A stretch of DNA of 64,000 nucleotides from Camelus dromedarius (taxonomy: Eukaryota), in contig NC_087451.1 in assembly GCF_036321535.1 (NCBI RefSeq), positions 33,232,001-33,296,000 of the forward strand, in the 5' to 3' direction. Each line of letters begins with the position of its first letter. Positions within the stretch are counted from its first letter, which is position 1. Both the position numbers and the translations under genes were made by a program. Below the pieces are notes generated by a model. The model was not told the origin of the DNA. It ran no database searches and saw only the letters and a program-made list of their open reading frames with translations. This document shows, one piece after another, positions 36,290-48,428 of this stretch.

Positions 36290-38074
36290 CTGTTACCACC
36301 GTGGGTGCTGGGAAGTGCTGATTCTGCAGGAAGTCAGCTGGGGGTTGTGTATCAGCCGGACTCGTGGTCAAACACGCTTGGGAATATTGGGTTGAGCAAA
36401 ACGACTTGGGTTTTTTCCTTTCCTTTTCTTTTTCTTATTGCCGGAATCCTTACAGCCCTGACCGTGCTCGCAGCTGCTGTGAGCATCACACAACAGGCAG
36501 ACGAGGCAGCATTTCCCGATTTACTGGACTTACTCAAGCACAGAACTCTTCCCCTGCAAAGTAGCCGTGAGATTTCTGTTCTGTAGAGCATCTTTCTAAC
36601 ATTCCGGAAATTTCTGGCTCCAAGGATTATTCTGTGTTGAAGGCTCTGCCTTCTCCTCTCTCCTTCCTCTCGCACTCCTCACCTGCTGGGGGTCGGGGGA
36701 ATGTCCCGGAGCCTGGACCAGCAGGGGTCGGGAGTGGGGTGGGTGACTCTGGCCCCGTGCCCCCCCCCACCTGCTACCGAGAGTCTATCTCCTTTATCAG
36801 ACAAGCAGCAGGGCCAGCCAGAGCTCCGTGTTTTATGGCCCTATCATGTGTGAGATCTTGCCCATTAGGGAGAAGCTGTCAACGCGAAACATAGATTTCC
36901 AGACATACTCTCTACTCCGGGATTATGAATAACCCCTCGGATCATTAGAACCAGAGCATTTTTTAAAAATCCAATTTGTTTCCCACCTCGAAACCCATTT
37001 ACTTTGCTTCCTGTCCTCTGTGTTGGAAGGGGGGCTGGAGCCCGGAGCCTTCCAGAATCCTGGCTCTGAAAACCTTGCACCCCGAGAAACAGTGCAAGCC
37101 CCTCACCTGAAACCCGAATTTTCCCTGGAATTATCTGTGATCCGTTTCCTGCAGCACAGCTGTGTATTTCTGTGGGAAGGTATTCCCTTTATAATCAGAC
37201 AGACCTGGGGAGAGCCCTGAGGATGGGGTCAGCGTCCCTGAGGAAGGACAGGCGTGACCCAGAGGGGCCAAAGGGGGACCACAGGAAGACATTCCCTTCT
37301 CCCTGCAGCAAAATTTGGGAAGATGCTCATTTTGATTCGGCAAGTCCTAAAGCAAGGCAGAAACCCAGGGTGAAAAGAAAATAAAAATAGGAAGTGGGCA
37401 AAAGGGCATGAAACGTCTGCGCGTCCGGCTGCCTCCTTGCCAGCCAATCCAGCTGGGGCTTCTAGCAGAAACGCTGCGCTCCCCACCTCCCCCACTTCGT
37501 GCGGCCTCATCACTCTGCAGTAAAATCTGACACGAGAGATTCATCGGAAACAGTGCCCCCGTCCGCCTCCCATCAGCCCACCACAGGGACAGGAGCTGTT
37601 CATCTTCTTCCTGGCTCAGCCTGCAGCCTCCGAAACACTGGTGAGGGGCACCTTGCCTGGCTCTGTGATCAGATGAGGCCTGGAGGCCCCTCCCAAAGGC
37701 TGGCACTCACTCTCCAAAGTCACAGTTTGTCCACTGTCTCAGGACAGGCCAGAGGGGCCGCTGTCTTCCCAGCAGGCCGGACAAACACCTTGGGAGGCTG
37801 GGACGGCAGAGGTCCGGGCCCGCCTGCTCCACCCCTTCCACTAGACCGTGCTCTGGAAGCAGCGATGAGCTGGACGCCCTCCCTGCCCTGGCGGGAGAGG
37901 GATGCAGAAGCGGCTGTTTGCAAAACCACTCGAGTGCTGTACCAGGGGCGAGGACAGGAAAGACCAGGAGCCCAGAGGAGGAGGTGACTGGCCTCTGGGG
38001 GCACTTGGGAGGTGTCAGGGTCACTTGAGCTGGGCCTGCAAGGATGGTGAGGAGTTCATCCGGCAGGGGAAATA

Positions 38075-38295
38075 ATTTGCTTTCCTTGTGACACTTAACT
38101 GCTCTCCGAAATGACCCCGTCTGTGTACTGTGACTCATTGGTTGTCCTCCCCTCCCCCTAAAATGCCTGAAATCTCCACCCTCATAAAATAAACTCCATG
38201 GTAACCCAGGCCTTTGTCTATTGGGCTCATCCATGTGGCCCCGGCACCTAGCTCTGTGCCTGGCACATTGTAAGTCCTCAAAAACCTGTGCCAAA
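38075..38295 (+). mobile_element. L2 3' end
   Basis: ggcacctagctctgtgcctggcacattgtaagtcctcaaaa. Confidence 0.7.
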
Positions 38296-38852
38296 TGCTG
38301 GGGAATTAAGGCAGAGGGAAATGAAGGCTGGTGGGAGGGCCAGGGTGCAATGACTTCGGCAGAGTGCCGGGTCCCTGCGCCACCCCACGTCTCATGGGAA
38401 TCACCTCCAGATGTCCCACCTGTGCAGGTACCAGAATGGCGTTGCCAAGAGATCAATGGGCCTGAAGTGTTTCCCTTCACCGCTCCCAGATGCACTAGTG
38501 CTGCCATGAAGGCCCCCAGGTGAGGTCCTGGGCTCTGCCCTCTCTGCCAGCAGGGACAGGCTGGAGGCGGGAGCCGCTGGCCGCCTCGGCCCTTCTCCAT
38601 CACCCGCGTGGCCCGGCCCAGCATGCCAGGCGCCTCTCAGCTCCCACTTCTGCCCCTGCTGAGCCGCGGTCCCTTTTAGCTCTCGTTTGTAAGTGGGCCT
38701 CAGCCCAAGCAAAAGATTCAGCAGGAATCCGGCCGGGTTCCCAGACGCTTAATTGGAGCCGGGCTCTTCATTACCTGCACACCTGTTTCCCAGCACCATA
38801 TGGTCCGAGGTAAATAGACTGTAATTGTTTATCCAGAGTCAGTTCTGCCGTG

Positions 38853-38909
38853 AGGGAGGGAGGGAGGGAGGGAAGGCGGGGGCCGCAGCCCCCCGCCCCC
38901 CCCCCCCCC
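38853..38909. other. Back-to-back G-quadruplex-forming tracts on opposite strands
   Basis: (AGGG)5 at 38853-38872; C6-G-C14 at 38889-38909. Confidence 0.6.
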
Positions 38910-39349
38910 GCCAGCATCCCATCTCCTGAACACTCAAGGACAGAGCCCCCACCTCCCTCCGCGCACCAGGTGAGAGAGTTCGCGGCCGCCCAGCAGAGCC
39001 GCCGTCAGCCCACATCCGGGGCCTACTTTGCGGCAGCTTTTCCACCAACACCAAGGGAAGGCTCCTGCCCCGCCGTGTCAGCTGTCAGGAGCTTGGCGGC
39101 CATGCCTCTGCGCCCTTACCGTGAGGCTGGGCAGGTGGACGCCTCTGAGGGCCTGGGCTCATTTATGTCCTTCCCCATGGAGCCTGAAGGATGTCTGGGA
39201 GGGCCTGGGCCAGGTCTCAGCCTGCCTTGCGCCAGTCTCTGAGTATCTCAGAACCCCAGGCTACATTTACCAGAGATAAAGGCAATGACTTCTCCATCAC
39301 AGGGGCGTTGAGAACAGAAGGAGCTAACGTTTAGGGGGTACGCCCTCCC

Positions 39350-39560
39350 AGGTTGGGCACATTGCCAGGAGCTTTAGACGAAGGACCTCATTTAATCCTC
39401 CTGGAGGTGCTTGGAGCAGGGACTTTGATGTGTCGCACTTTACAGGTGGACACATCGAGGCTTAGGTGCCCAAGGCCACCCAGGCAGGAGCGAGGGGAGC
39501 TGGACTTCTACCCCAGCTCTGCTGACTCAGGAACCCAACTCTGTTGACCACTGTGCTAGA
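39350..39560 (-). mobile_element. MIR SINE
   Basis: ctcatttaatcctc...cactttacaggtggacacatcgaggcttaggtgcccaaggccac. Confidence 0.75.
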
Positions 39561-41239
39561 GTCACAGGATGAGATAACACGGAAAGGGGGCCTGGCCTGG
39601 TGCCGGGAGTACCGGAGGAAATCGATAAATGCCCATTCACTTCTCTCTGCCCTTCCTTCCATGAGCAGATCCCTCCCCCATCCCGGCTCAGCCTCCCATG
39701 CAGCATCGAGCTTCAGGCTGCCAAGGTGCCCTCCCCCAAAGAAAAGTAGGAATAGGGCATCCGTGCCCCCTCCCCAGCCCCCTTGTCTTTGCTCCCCAGC
39801 CAGCCTGCCAGGGAGAGGCAGTCCTTCCCCAAGGTACGGCTCATCCCTGGTTGCCCCTGACGGTGATGCAGGAGGGGCAGACAAAGGAGGAAGATGGCTG
39901 GCAGTGCCCCTGACAGAAGCGGGCCCCTGGCCTTGGAAGAAGTCGGGTGAGTTGATCTTAAGGAAGAAGCCAGGGCCCCTGAGCATTTTGGGGGCTGTGG
40001 CTGAAAAGATGGCCCCATGCAGGCAGCCAAGTGCTCGGCACCTGGGAGGGAACCAGGGCTACCAAAGAGCCTGACATTACAAGCACCTGGGGCCTCATTT
40101 CCAGGCACAGGAAAAGGACTCCTCGCCACGTTGGTACCCGGGTTCTTCCCCTTCCCTGCCCAGAGCTCCCCCACCCGCCCCTTCCCACCCCGGAGAGCCT
40201 CCAGGAGGATGGATGGTTTCCCCCAGCCCAAGAGAAGGGATGCTGTGTCCTCTTAATCTGCTCTGAATTGGTCCTTAATATGATGAAGGGCTGCCAGGCC
40301 TTTCAGGCCTGATGGATCCCTTCTGCAGTAGAGACACCGGCTCCTGCCTGGAGCCTGCCAGCCTGCTGTGGTGGGCTCAGATGTGGCTTTTCCCCTACCC
40401 CCCCCCACCCCCCGAGTCAGCAGCAGCTGCCCCTGGGCCCAGCCCCTGAATCAGACCCTGCAGGAGGCTTGAAGCCCGATTCCTGTCCTTTGAAATGCTG
40501 TCATCCCTCTGGAGAGATAGATGTCAATTCCCCACTACATACATACATACTTTTCAGACCTTAAAGACAACCCTCCAAGTCAAGCAGATGGCCACCAGGA
40601 AGCCCGCAAACCAGAGGAGCAGCAGAAGGCAGAGAAGACATGCTGGAGGCTGTGAGGTAATTAGGGAAGACTTCCTGCAGGAGGTGCCCCCAGGGGGCTT
40701 GAGATGTCTGATTCCTGTAGGCTCCCTGATTGCTCTGTGGAAGCGACGCGCTAAGGCAGGAGCAAGAAGTCTGTGAAGGAGAGAAAACATGTACGAAAAA
40801 AAGAAAAGAGCTTTCCCTAGCAAGTTTTCCATCTGCCCACGGGGGATGCCCTTTGAAGAAGAGCCTCAAGCCCCGAGCAGTAGCAGCTGACTCCCACACC
40901 TCCGAGAAGGGGAAGGAGTTTTACAAGATCTTTACTCTTCTGCATAAATTGGCCCCTCAGGGGATGCTGTGCGGTTCGGGCTTGGCCTGGTGAGTCTGGC
41001 CCCAGGCACCAGGTGGGAAGCTGTTGGAGTAGCCGGTAAGGGGCAAGTCCTGCCCTCTGCGTGGAAAGGGTGCAGAACGTCCCAGTAGCAGGGACTCCCT
41101 CACCCCTGGAAATGTGAGCCTTGGAGGATATCCTTGTAACTTGAAGGATTCCAAACAGTAAGTGGAGTCCTGGGGTGGCAGTGGGCAGTGAGTGGGTGAC
41201 AGGGATGGGCAATTGACACGTGCTAGACTTCGGTTCTGT

Positions 41240-41425
41240 GGCGGGCATTGGACTAGGCGCTCTGTGGACAATACCTCACTCAGTCCCCAAAAGCAATCCT
41301 GCAGGGGAGTATGGCTCCCATTTCACAGGTGTGGAAACCAAGGGTCAGAGGGATTAAGTCACTTGCCCAGGGTTTCGCAGCCAGAGGTGCCAGAGCTGGC
41401 ATTTGAACCTGAACCATACTCTGTG
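41240..41425 (-). mobile_element. MIR SINE
   Basis: cccatttcacaggtgtggaaaccaagggtcagagggattaagtcacttgcccaggg. Confidence 0.85.
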
Positions 41426-41689
41426 TGTCTCCTTGAAGTCTCCATGTGGGGCAGGACCCTGGAAGGGGGAGGAGCCAGACAGATTCCCTGGTCCCCCATG
41501 CACTGGCCTGCACAATATTGTGTCTTGATCAATCTAAGGAGATGCAGGGACAGTCAGAGCTGGCAGCGAATGAGGGAAGAAAGCCCCTCGCCAGGGCTTG
41601 TCCTTTAATCAAAACATCTGTTTCTAGACCCCATAGCCCATCCATCAGCCACTGCCAGTGCCCTGCCATCTCCTGGGTGCCCACTGGAC

Positions 41690-42033
41690 CAGCATCTCTG
41701 ACTCTTCAGCTGGGGCATCTCCTAGCTCAGGCAAGGGCCAAGGTCAAAGGGCTGGGACCTAATTCCCCTGGGAGCTGCCCAGCCAATATCAGATTGGAAT
41801 TGGAGGACAAAAGCTCAATCTTCATCATCTCTCTACTTCCCCTGTAGAGTTGAACGCCCATTGCCCATAGCAACGACCCGCCCGACAGCACAGCATCCCA
41901 TATTGGCTTCCTTCCCCTCCTGGTCTCACTCCCTCCCCCCATTCCAGATGCTTCCTGGGATCACCTCCCACGTCCACTTCTCGCACTCAATGCCCTGTCT
42001 TGGGCCAGCTTCCAGGGGAGCCCAGACTGAGAC
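41690..42033 (+). mobile_element. ERVL LTR16-family 3' part
   Basis: tattggcttccttcccctcc...ttcctgggatcacctccca...gggagcccagactgagac. Confidence 0.75.
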
Positions 42034-42099
42034 CTCCCCTGTGTGTCCTTCCTCCAGCCTGCGCCCTCCTCACGCCTCCTGCCCATCCAACTCCCATTC

Positions 42100-42500
42100 A
42101 TCAGGAGGGAGATGATTGGTTTTCTCCTTGAGGAGACATAACTAATAACCAGATCACAAGGGACCAAAGACACAGGCATCAAATATTACACAGCCCGAGC
42201 GAGATCCGTATCTCTCTATCTGGGGCGCCATGCTTTATCGTTACGGCCGCGGCAGCCGGCCCTCTCATTGATGAAGTGCGTTATAAGTGCTAAGTAATAA
42301 TAATACCGTAAAATGCCTGAGTGCTCAAGCACGGGCTTTGGGCTCCAGATAAAACTCCAGACAGATAGATTAGCAGGCGGTGGAAATGCTCGGGAGCCGT
42401 CTACCCACAGCTCCCCGGGCCTAATAGATAGGTCCAATCAGACCACTTCAATTACTACTCGGGGACTAATGGCCGAGAGTCTGATTAAATCCCCTGCCCC
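42100..42500. promoter_or_regulatory. Enhancer-like unique block rich in GATA, NKX and homeodomain motifs
   Basis: GATA-type sites at 42216, 42234, 42347, 42363, 42426; AAGTG/CACTT sites at 42272, 42284, 42443; several TAAT cores; CpG retained. Confidence 0.5.
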
Positions 42501-44394
42501 GGCGTTGGTGTGACGGTGCCTGTGCTGTGCAGAGCTGGTGACAGCAGGCTGTGGCGGGTTTGGGGCAGGGCGACTGAGAGCAGGGAGGATGGGAGATGTG
42601 CTAGCCTGCGGGGCAGGGCTGGCAGGGGTGCATGGGCTGGTTTTCTGGGCTGATCCGGGAACCATCCCCTGCGGCTCCCCCTCCAGTCCTTACTGAGCTG
42701 CCCAAAGCCAGAGCCGGGCTGGCATCCTTTGCCGCCCTCCTTGGCCTCCTCCTCTCCTCGGGGCTCTGGGGAGGAAGGCAGGAAGCCCTTTCAGCCCCTA
42801 TAGAAAGTTTCTATCAGGGGAGATTCGAGTTTCTGTCACCTCTAATGAAGAGAAAATGAAGAGGCTGGACAGGGGCAGAGAGAGCCAGAAGGACAGGCGA
42901 GTTGCTTGTCTGGGGAGGACAGTTTGGGTGGAGGAGCTGGCTCTGCCTCCATGGAGAGCCATCAGAGCCGACCCCCGGGGAGGTGCACCCAGGTAATGAG
43001 GTGCTAGCTCAGAGAGCTGGGAATAGGGAAGGGAGGATGTCTGCCAGCAAGGTCAGAGGGCAGAGAAGGACCACGTAGGGCGTGGACTCCAGAGGCCAGA
43101 ATATGGGCAGGGGCTGTGGGCTGAGCATGGGAGGGAGAGGTTCTGACTCTCGGGAGGCTGCCTTCCCCTGGGCAAGGAAGGGGCAGGGGGTGACACCCCA
43201 GGAGCCCCGGCAGGATGTGTGCCTGAGTCCCAGCTCCTCTGGCCGCCTGCCTCCTCTGTCCCGTCTCCTCCGCAGCCAGGAACATCAGGATTACCGTGGC
43301 TGCACGTGTTTGGGAAACAAGTGGGAACCTAGCATGTGTTTTGCTGAACTCTTTTTTCATATAGGGCCATTGATGTTCTGAAAAACATTTGACTCAAGGT
43401 ACATGTCAGAAAAAAAGAAAAGGGAAGGAGGCGGCAGCAAAAACCATTTACACAAAATTTATGTTTAAGAGAGAAAATAAGAAAATGTTTGATTCCTTCT
43501 CAGCCCTTCAGAGAACAGAACTGTGAATATTGCTGAACATGGATTTTTTTTTTCCTAATGAAAAAGAGAATCTAAAAATCATAAGCAGTCCACACAAGGA
43601 CTAACATTTAGATGCTCACGACTGGGTTTGCTGATCCTCTGGGACAGGCGAGGAGGAGACGGGGAAGGGGGCCCCGCAGACAATGAAGCCAGAGGAATGC
43701 GCCCCATGTCCCTACGTCTGGGAGGAACATAAGGAAACAGAACTCTTGTCCATTCAAGTTACTCCTGAGCCAGAGATGAACTGACGGGAAACAGAAGTAC
43801 CAGGGGGGCCGGGGAGCCAGGGCCCCGTGTGAATGTGGCGGGGCAGGGATGTGATGGTGTGGACGGTGCGGATGAGGCGAGGGGAGAGGCTCTGGGCTAG
43901 GAGAGGAAGCCAAGGGCCGGAGGAACCAGAACTGGGTCAGTGAAGGCCAAGGGCACAGGAGGAGGGCGGCAAGCTGGAGGGGGCGCCATGGAGGGAAGAG
44001 ACTAGCAGAGCCGGACTGCTAGTTCCTTGAGAGGTGACACATAAGAAACAGGAAGGAAATGCTTTTGCTCGTCCTTATTCCAGAAGGTCTCAGACATGAA
44101 AGGGGACATCGCATGGGGTGGGCCGAGCAGACCCCACCTGGCAGGGCAGGGCTGGGCTCTGTCTGGGCTCTGCCATCCCAAGATGGTTTTCCAGCTCGTG
44201 CAAATCCTGCCGAAGTCCAAATTCCCCACCGATCCTCCTCTGGGTTTTCATTGTAGTAGCAGGAGGAGCCAGGCTTGCATCTTGCTTGTGGAAACAGGCC
44301 TTCCCACCTCTCCCCGCCTGCCCTGCTCTGTCTCCCCGTGCACCTGTTGTGCCCCATCAGCCCGGTCGGCCGGTGGGATGCTGGGGTCGATGCG

Positions 44395-44758
44395 TGCGTT
44401 AGTTCGCTCGGGCTGCCCTCACAAAGGCCGGGTGGCTCAAACAACAGAAACGGATTTTCTCACATTCGTAGAGGCTGGACGTCCAAGAGCAAGGTGTTGG
44501 CAAGGTTGGCTCCTCTGAGGCCTCCGTCCCTGGCTTATAGACGGCTGTCTCCCCCTGTGTCCTCACATGGTCTTCCCTCTGGGTCCTAATCTTCTTACAG
44601 GGACCTGGTCATATTGGACTAGGGCCCATCCCTATGACCTCATTTTAACTTAATCACCCCTTTAAAGACCCTCTCTCCAAATACAGTCACATTCTGAGGC
44701 CCTGGGTGTTCAGGATTCAACCTCCTTTAATATGAATTGGAGGGGACACAACTCAATA
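44395..44758 (-). mobile_element. MaLR solo LTR (MLT1B-like)
   Basis: tgcgttagttcgctcgggctgcc...gaggctggacgtccaagagcaaggtgttggca...ctccaaatacagtcacattctgagg. Confidence 0.9.
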
Positions 44759-45154
44759 GAGGAGGCACATGACCAGGGTTTTAGGGCCTGATTGTCCACA
44801 CTAATGTCTGCTGGGGACCCTCCTTTAATCGCCACAGTGGTGGCACTGCCAGCCACCAGAGGAGGAGGCGTCTCATGCTCTTTTCCTCCTGATGGGCGGG
44901 GCCAGCCGTGTGTGTGATCCCATGTCTCAGGCAGCAAGTGGGACAGAGTGCCCTGAAGAGGGGGACCGGGCTGTTGTCATCAACACTCCCCTCTGCCTTT
45001 TCCCATCCTCAGGTCTTAGGGGAGGATGGGGGGCAGTGGGCCTCGGGCAGCATTAGCAGACTGTGCCATCAGGGAGACTGAGTCTGGGCCACTGCAGGGG
45101 AGAGGTTGGGGAGAGTTGGGGTAGCTCAAGAAGAGGGAGAGGAATTGATATCCT

Positions 45155-45320
45155 GCCACGTGCCAGGGTGAGGGGTTCCATGTGTCCAACCTGATGAGGG
45201 AGATATTATCGTTGGCCCCATTTACAGACGAGTAAACAGAGGCACAGAGACTCGAGTGACTTTCCAGCACCACAATTTGCAAGTGGAGGACAAGGAATTT
45301 TAGCCTAGGTTTGTCTGACC
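45155..45320 (-). mobile_element. MIR SINE
   Basis: ccccatttacagacgagtaaacagaggcacagaga. Confidence 0.8.
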
Positions 45321-46039
45321 ATCCTGCTCCCTCTCCTCTCTCTTTCCTGCATCGCAACGCCAGCCTGTCCCTGCCGTTTGGTCCCCAGGCTGCAGGGTGA
45401 GGCCCCCTCCAAGTTAGCCTTGAGTTAGTGAGGTCATCTCATTCAGGAAGGAAGTCGGTCACCTAGGAAGCTTTAGAACAGCTGGCCCAAACCAGAAATC
45501 AAAATCCGGGATGCTGGAGATGTTTCGAAAAAAAGATAGGTCTCCAAAAGCTGGGCAGAAAGGCTAATTTAATCAAACTTGCAATCGTGGGTGCGCTGGG
45601 TTGTGCACCCCAAACTCATCTGAGTGGGTTCCCCTCTAAGTGTGCCAGGACGGAGGCTTTCCGGGGCTTAGCAGAGAATGCCAGACCGTGCCTGCTGCGC
45701 GATCCGTTCCAGGCAAGGCACTCAGACATTGCAAGTGCGCATGCTGAGAAGATGCGCTCTCTCCCTAAGGGACTAGCCAAGATCAGAGTGGGGAGCAAGG
45801 AGCAAGGGCAGGGTGCAAACTCAGGCCACTTGGCCGTGCCCTGGCACTGCCATTGCCCTGGAGATCAACCAGCAACCAAGTTCTTAACAGAAACTGGGGT
45901 GGGACTGGGGTCAGCCACGGTCACCTGCCTCCTCTACAAGGGCTCCCAGGCCTCTCCTGGCTGCATGAGGGCGCTCAGGGGCCCATCTGCATCCAGGGTG
46001 ATGGTCATGACAAGAAGATGGGAGCCAGATGGCATGGGT

Positions 46040-46180
46040 TTGTTGTGTGAACTTGACCATGGGATTTTACTTACCTGTGGCTTAGTTTTCTCATCTGTAA
46101 AATGGGGTCAGCATAGCACCACCTCACTGAAATGACCAAATGGGTCAGTACCCAGACCAGGGTGCCGGGCCCACGGCAGG
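46040..46180 (+). mobile_element. MIR SINE
   Basis: ttagttttctcatctgtaaaatgggg. Confidence 0.75.
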
Positions 46181-47936
46181 ACCACTGCGTGTTAACCGTT
46201 AGATCGTGCGGTGGGAGAGGCGCTGTTTCATTCTCTGAGCAGCTGATAGAAGATTCCTCCGAGAGAGAGACTTGCCTTTGTAAGGCCACTTGAGGTAGAA
46301 ACTGGAATTTCAGAGACAGAGGAGGAGTCTGCTGGTTGCATTGACAGAGGAGAGAAGGCACAGCCAGGGTCAAGGGTGTGGGGGTGACCCTGGGAGCACA
46401 GAAGCCTTGGAGGCCCCCCTCCTTTGCATCCATCAAGTCTTACTAAACTCACAAAATTCCTGAAGCCAGTGGACTGGATTTTATGTCCATTTCTGCTCAG
46501 TTAATGTCCCCAGGGGTGGCTGCAGGTATGACACTGAGGCTTTGAGCCAGGTTTTCTGAAATCTCCAAGGGGCAGGGGTGATACATTCACCGCGGGGCAT
46601 CGAAGAGTCTTGATGAATCAGCTGGAGGCCAAAAAGCAAGCCAGGCAACCAAGTCTGCCCCCAGGGGAAGCCTAACATCTCAATAACGCCGAATAGACTC
46701 CAGCACCAAGGTCTTGGCCTCTTGGGCGGCAGAACGGCCCAGTAATTCTCCGCAAATCGCAAATGGAAAAGACAATTGGATGTCAGAGATGGTTTGAGTC
46801 TCCGCTCAGGCCCAAGCCAAGTGACTTTTATGGAATTCCAGTGCCAGAGCCTCCTGGAAAATTTCCCCAGTGGCAGCGCGCTCCTCGCAACATGCCCCTG
46901 GCCTCCCCAGCCTGCCGGGCTATAGAATCCGGCGTGATTGTCTCCGGGGCCCGTAATGGAATTTTATCAGGGATCCCTGGAATTGAGAGCTTATTTGCAG
47001 CCTTCTGCCCGCGGCGGCTCCAGATAAAGAATGCAGTGTATGTGCCGCGATGTCAGGAACCCTGCCTGGTCACCATCCATCATCCTGTCAAGGCGTCACT
47101 CCGGACAGCCCCGCTTCAAGCAGAATCAGGTTGGGGACTTTCCTCCCAAGAATAACAAACAGCAGCAAAGGCAGGTTAGGGAGCCTTTGCTCCCTCCATC
47201 CCTTCGTTACAGGTGAGGGAGTTTAGGGTTCCTCCATGCTCAGTCCTCAGAGTCTGGGAGGCAAGAGTCCCCAGCGCTCATCTGGTTCTAGATGCCTCTG
47301 AAGAGCACCGTGGGCTTCTATCTCAGCAGGTAGGATATAGAGATTGGGATGACAGAAATCTTTGTGCGCAGAGAGTGCTTATAAAATTCTATCCATCTAC
47401 CTTATCCCATTGGTCTTTACAGCCGCCCTATTAGGGAGGTATTGCAATTTGATTGATGAAGGGGGGCTGGGGAGGCAGTGGTCCAGTAACTCTCTTTGAT
47501 CTGATAGCTCCAGGAGGCCAGGCCAGCACAGTTCCCTTCTTTGTGAATGTGCAGGGCGACAAAGTGGCTAGGACCTGGCCCCCTCCCCTCCCCTCCCCAG
47601 CATGGGGCAGCCATCGTCTCCTGCCAGGAGCCTACACACCTGAGGAAGCTTTAACTCATCTATGTGAAAACGGCACCAGTGGCCCCACTGGGAATCCTTC
47701 TGATGGAGTGATGGGATGGACTGGGATTCATGCTTGTTCACTCCAGTGACGTGGAGCCCCGTGGACCCCAAAAATTAGGGAGAAGAGGAGGGAAGAGGGA
47801 AACAGGAGCAGGTCTGCATCCATCATCACTGAGCATGGGGTAGAGGAGAAAGAGGGGACCAGATCCATCACTTCCATCCACAGAACTTTGATTGAAAAGC
47901 ACTCATCTCATATAATCTGTAAGGGCCAAAGGGAAA

Positions 47937-48428
47937 ACAGCAGGCAGAATAATAGCCCCCACAGAGCACGTCCACGTCCTGGTCCCTGGAACCTGTGAAT
48001 GTTACCTCACGTGGTAAAAACAAAACAAAACAAAAAAGGGCTTTGCAAGTGGGACTAAATTAACCTTCTCGAGATGAGATTATCTTGTGTTATCTGGGTG
48101 GGCCCCAAATGCAATCACAAGACTCTGTACAAAGGGAGGCAGAGGAGGATTTGACTACAGATGAAAGAGAAGGATGTGATGCAACCAGAGAGGGAGAGAC
48201 TGGAGTGGGGCAGCCCCGAGACCGGGATGTGGGCAGCCACCGGGAAGCAAGCAACAGACCCTTCCCTGGAGCCTCCAGAGGGAGTGTGGTCCGTTGACAC
48301 CTCGATTTTGGCTCACCAAAGCTGACTTTGAACTGCCACCCTCTAGAAGTGTAAGAGAATATATTTCCATTGTATTAAACCACTGAGTTTGTCATAATTT
48401 ATTACAGCAGCCACAGGAAACTAGTACC
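47937..48428 (+). mobile_element. MaLR solo LTR (MLT1D-like)
   Basis: aggcagaataatagccccc...gaacctgtgaatgttacct...ttatctgggtgggccccaaatgcaatcaca...ttacagcagccacaggaaactagtac. Confidence 0.9.

Noticed and set aside
37707-38624. Longest ORF (305 aa, minus)
   Set aside because: Crosses an L2 remnant, has low-complexity G/P/R/S composition and no recognisable domain; expected by chance in GC-rich DNA.
42341-47028. Shared 13-mer ggctccagataaa in two enhancer-like blocks (42341-42353, 47016-47028)
   Set aside because: Tens of repeated 13-mers are expected by chance in 64 kb, so it is not significant alone.
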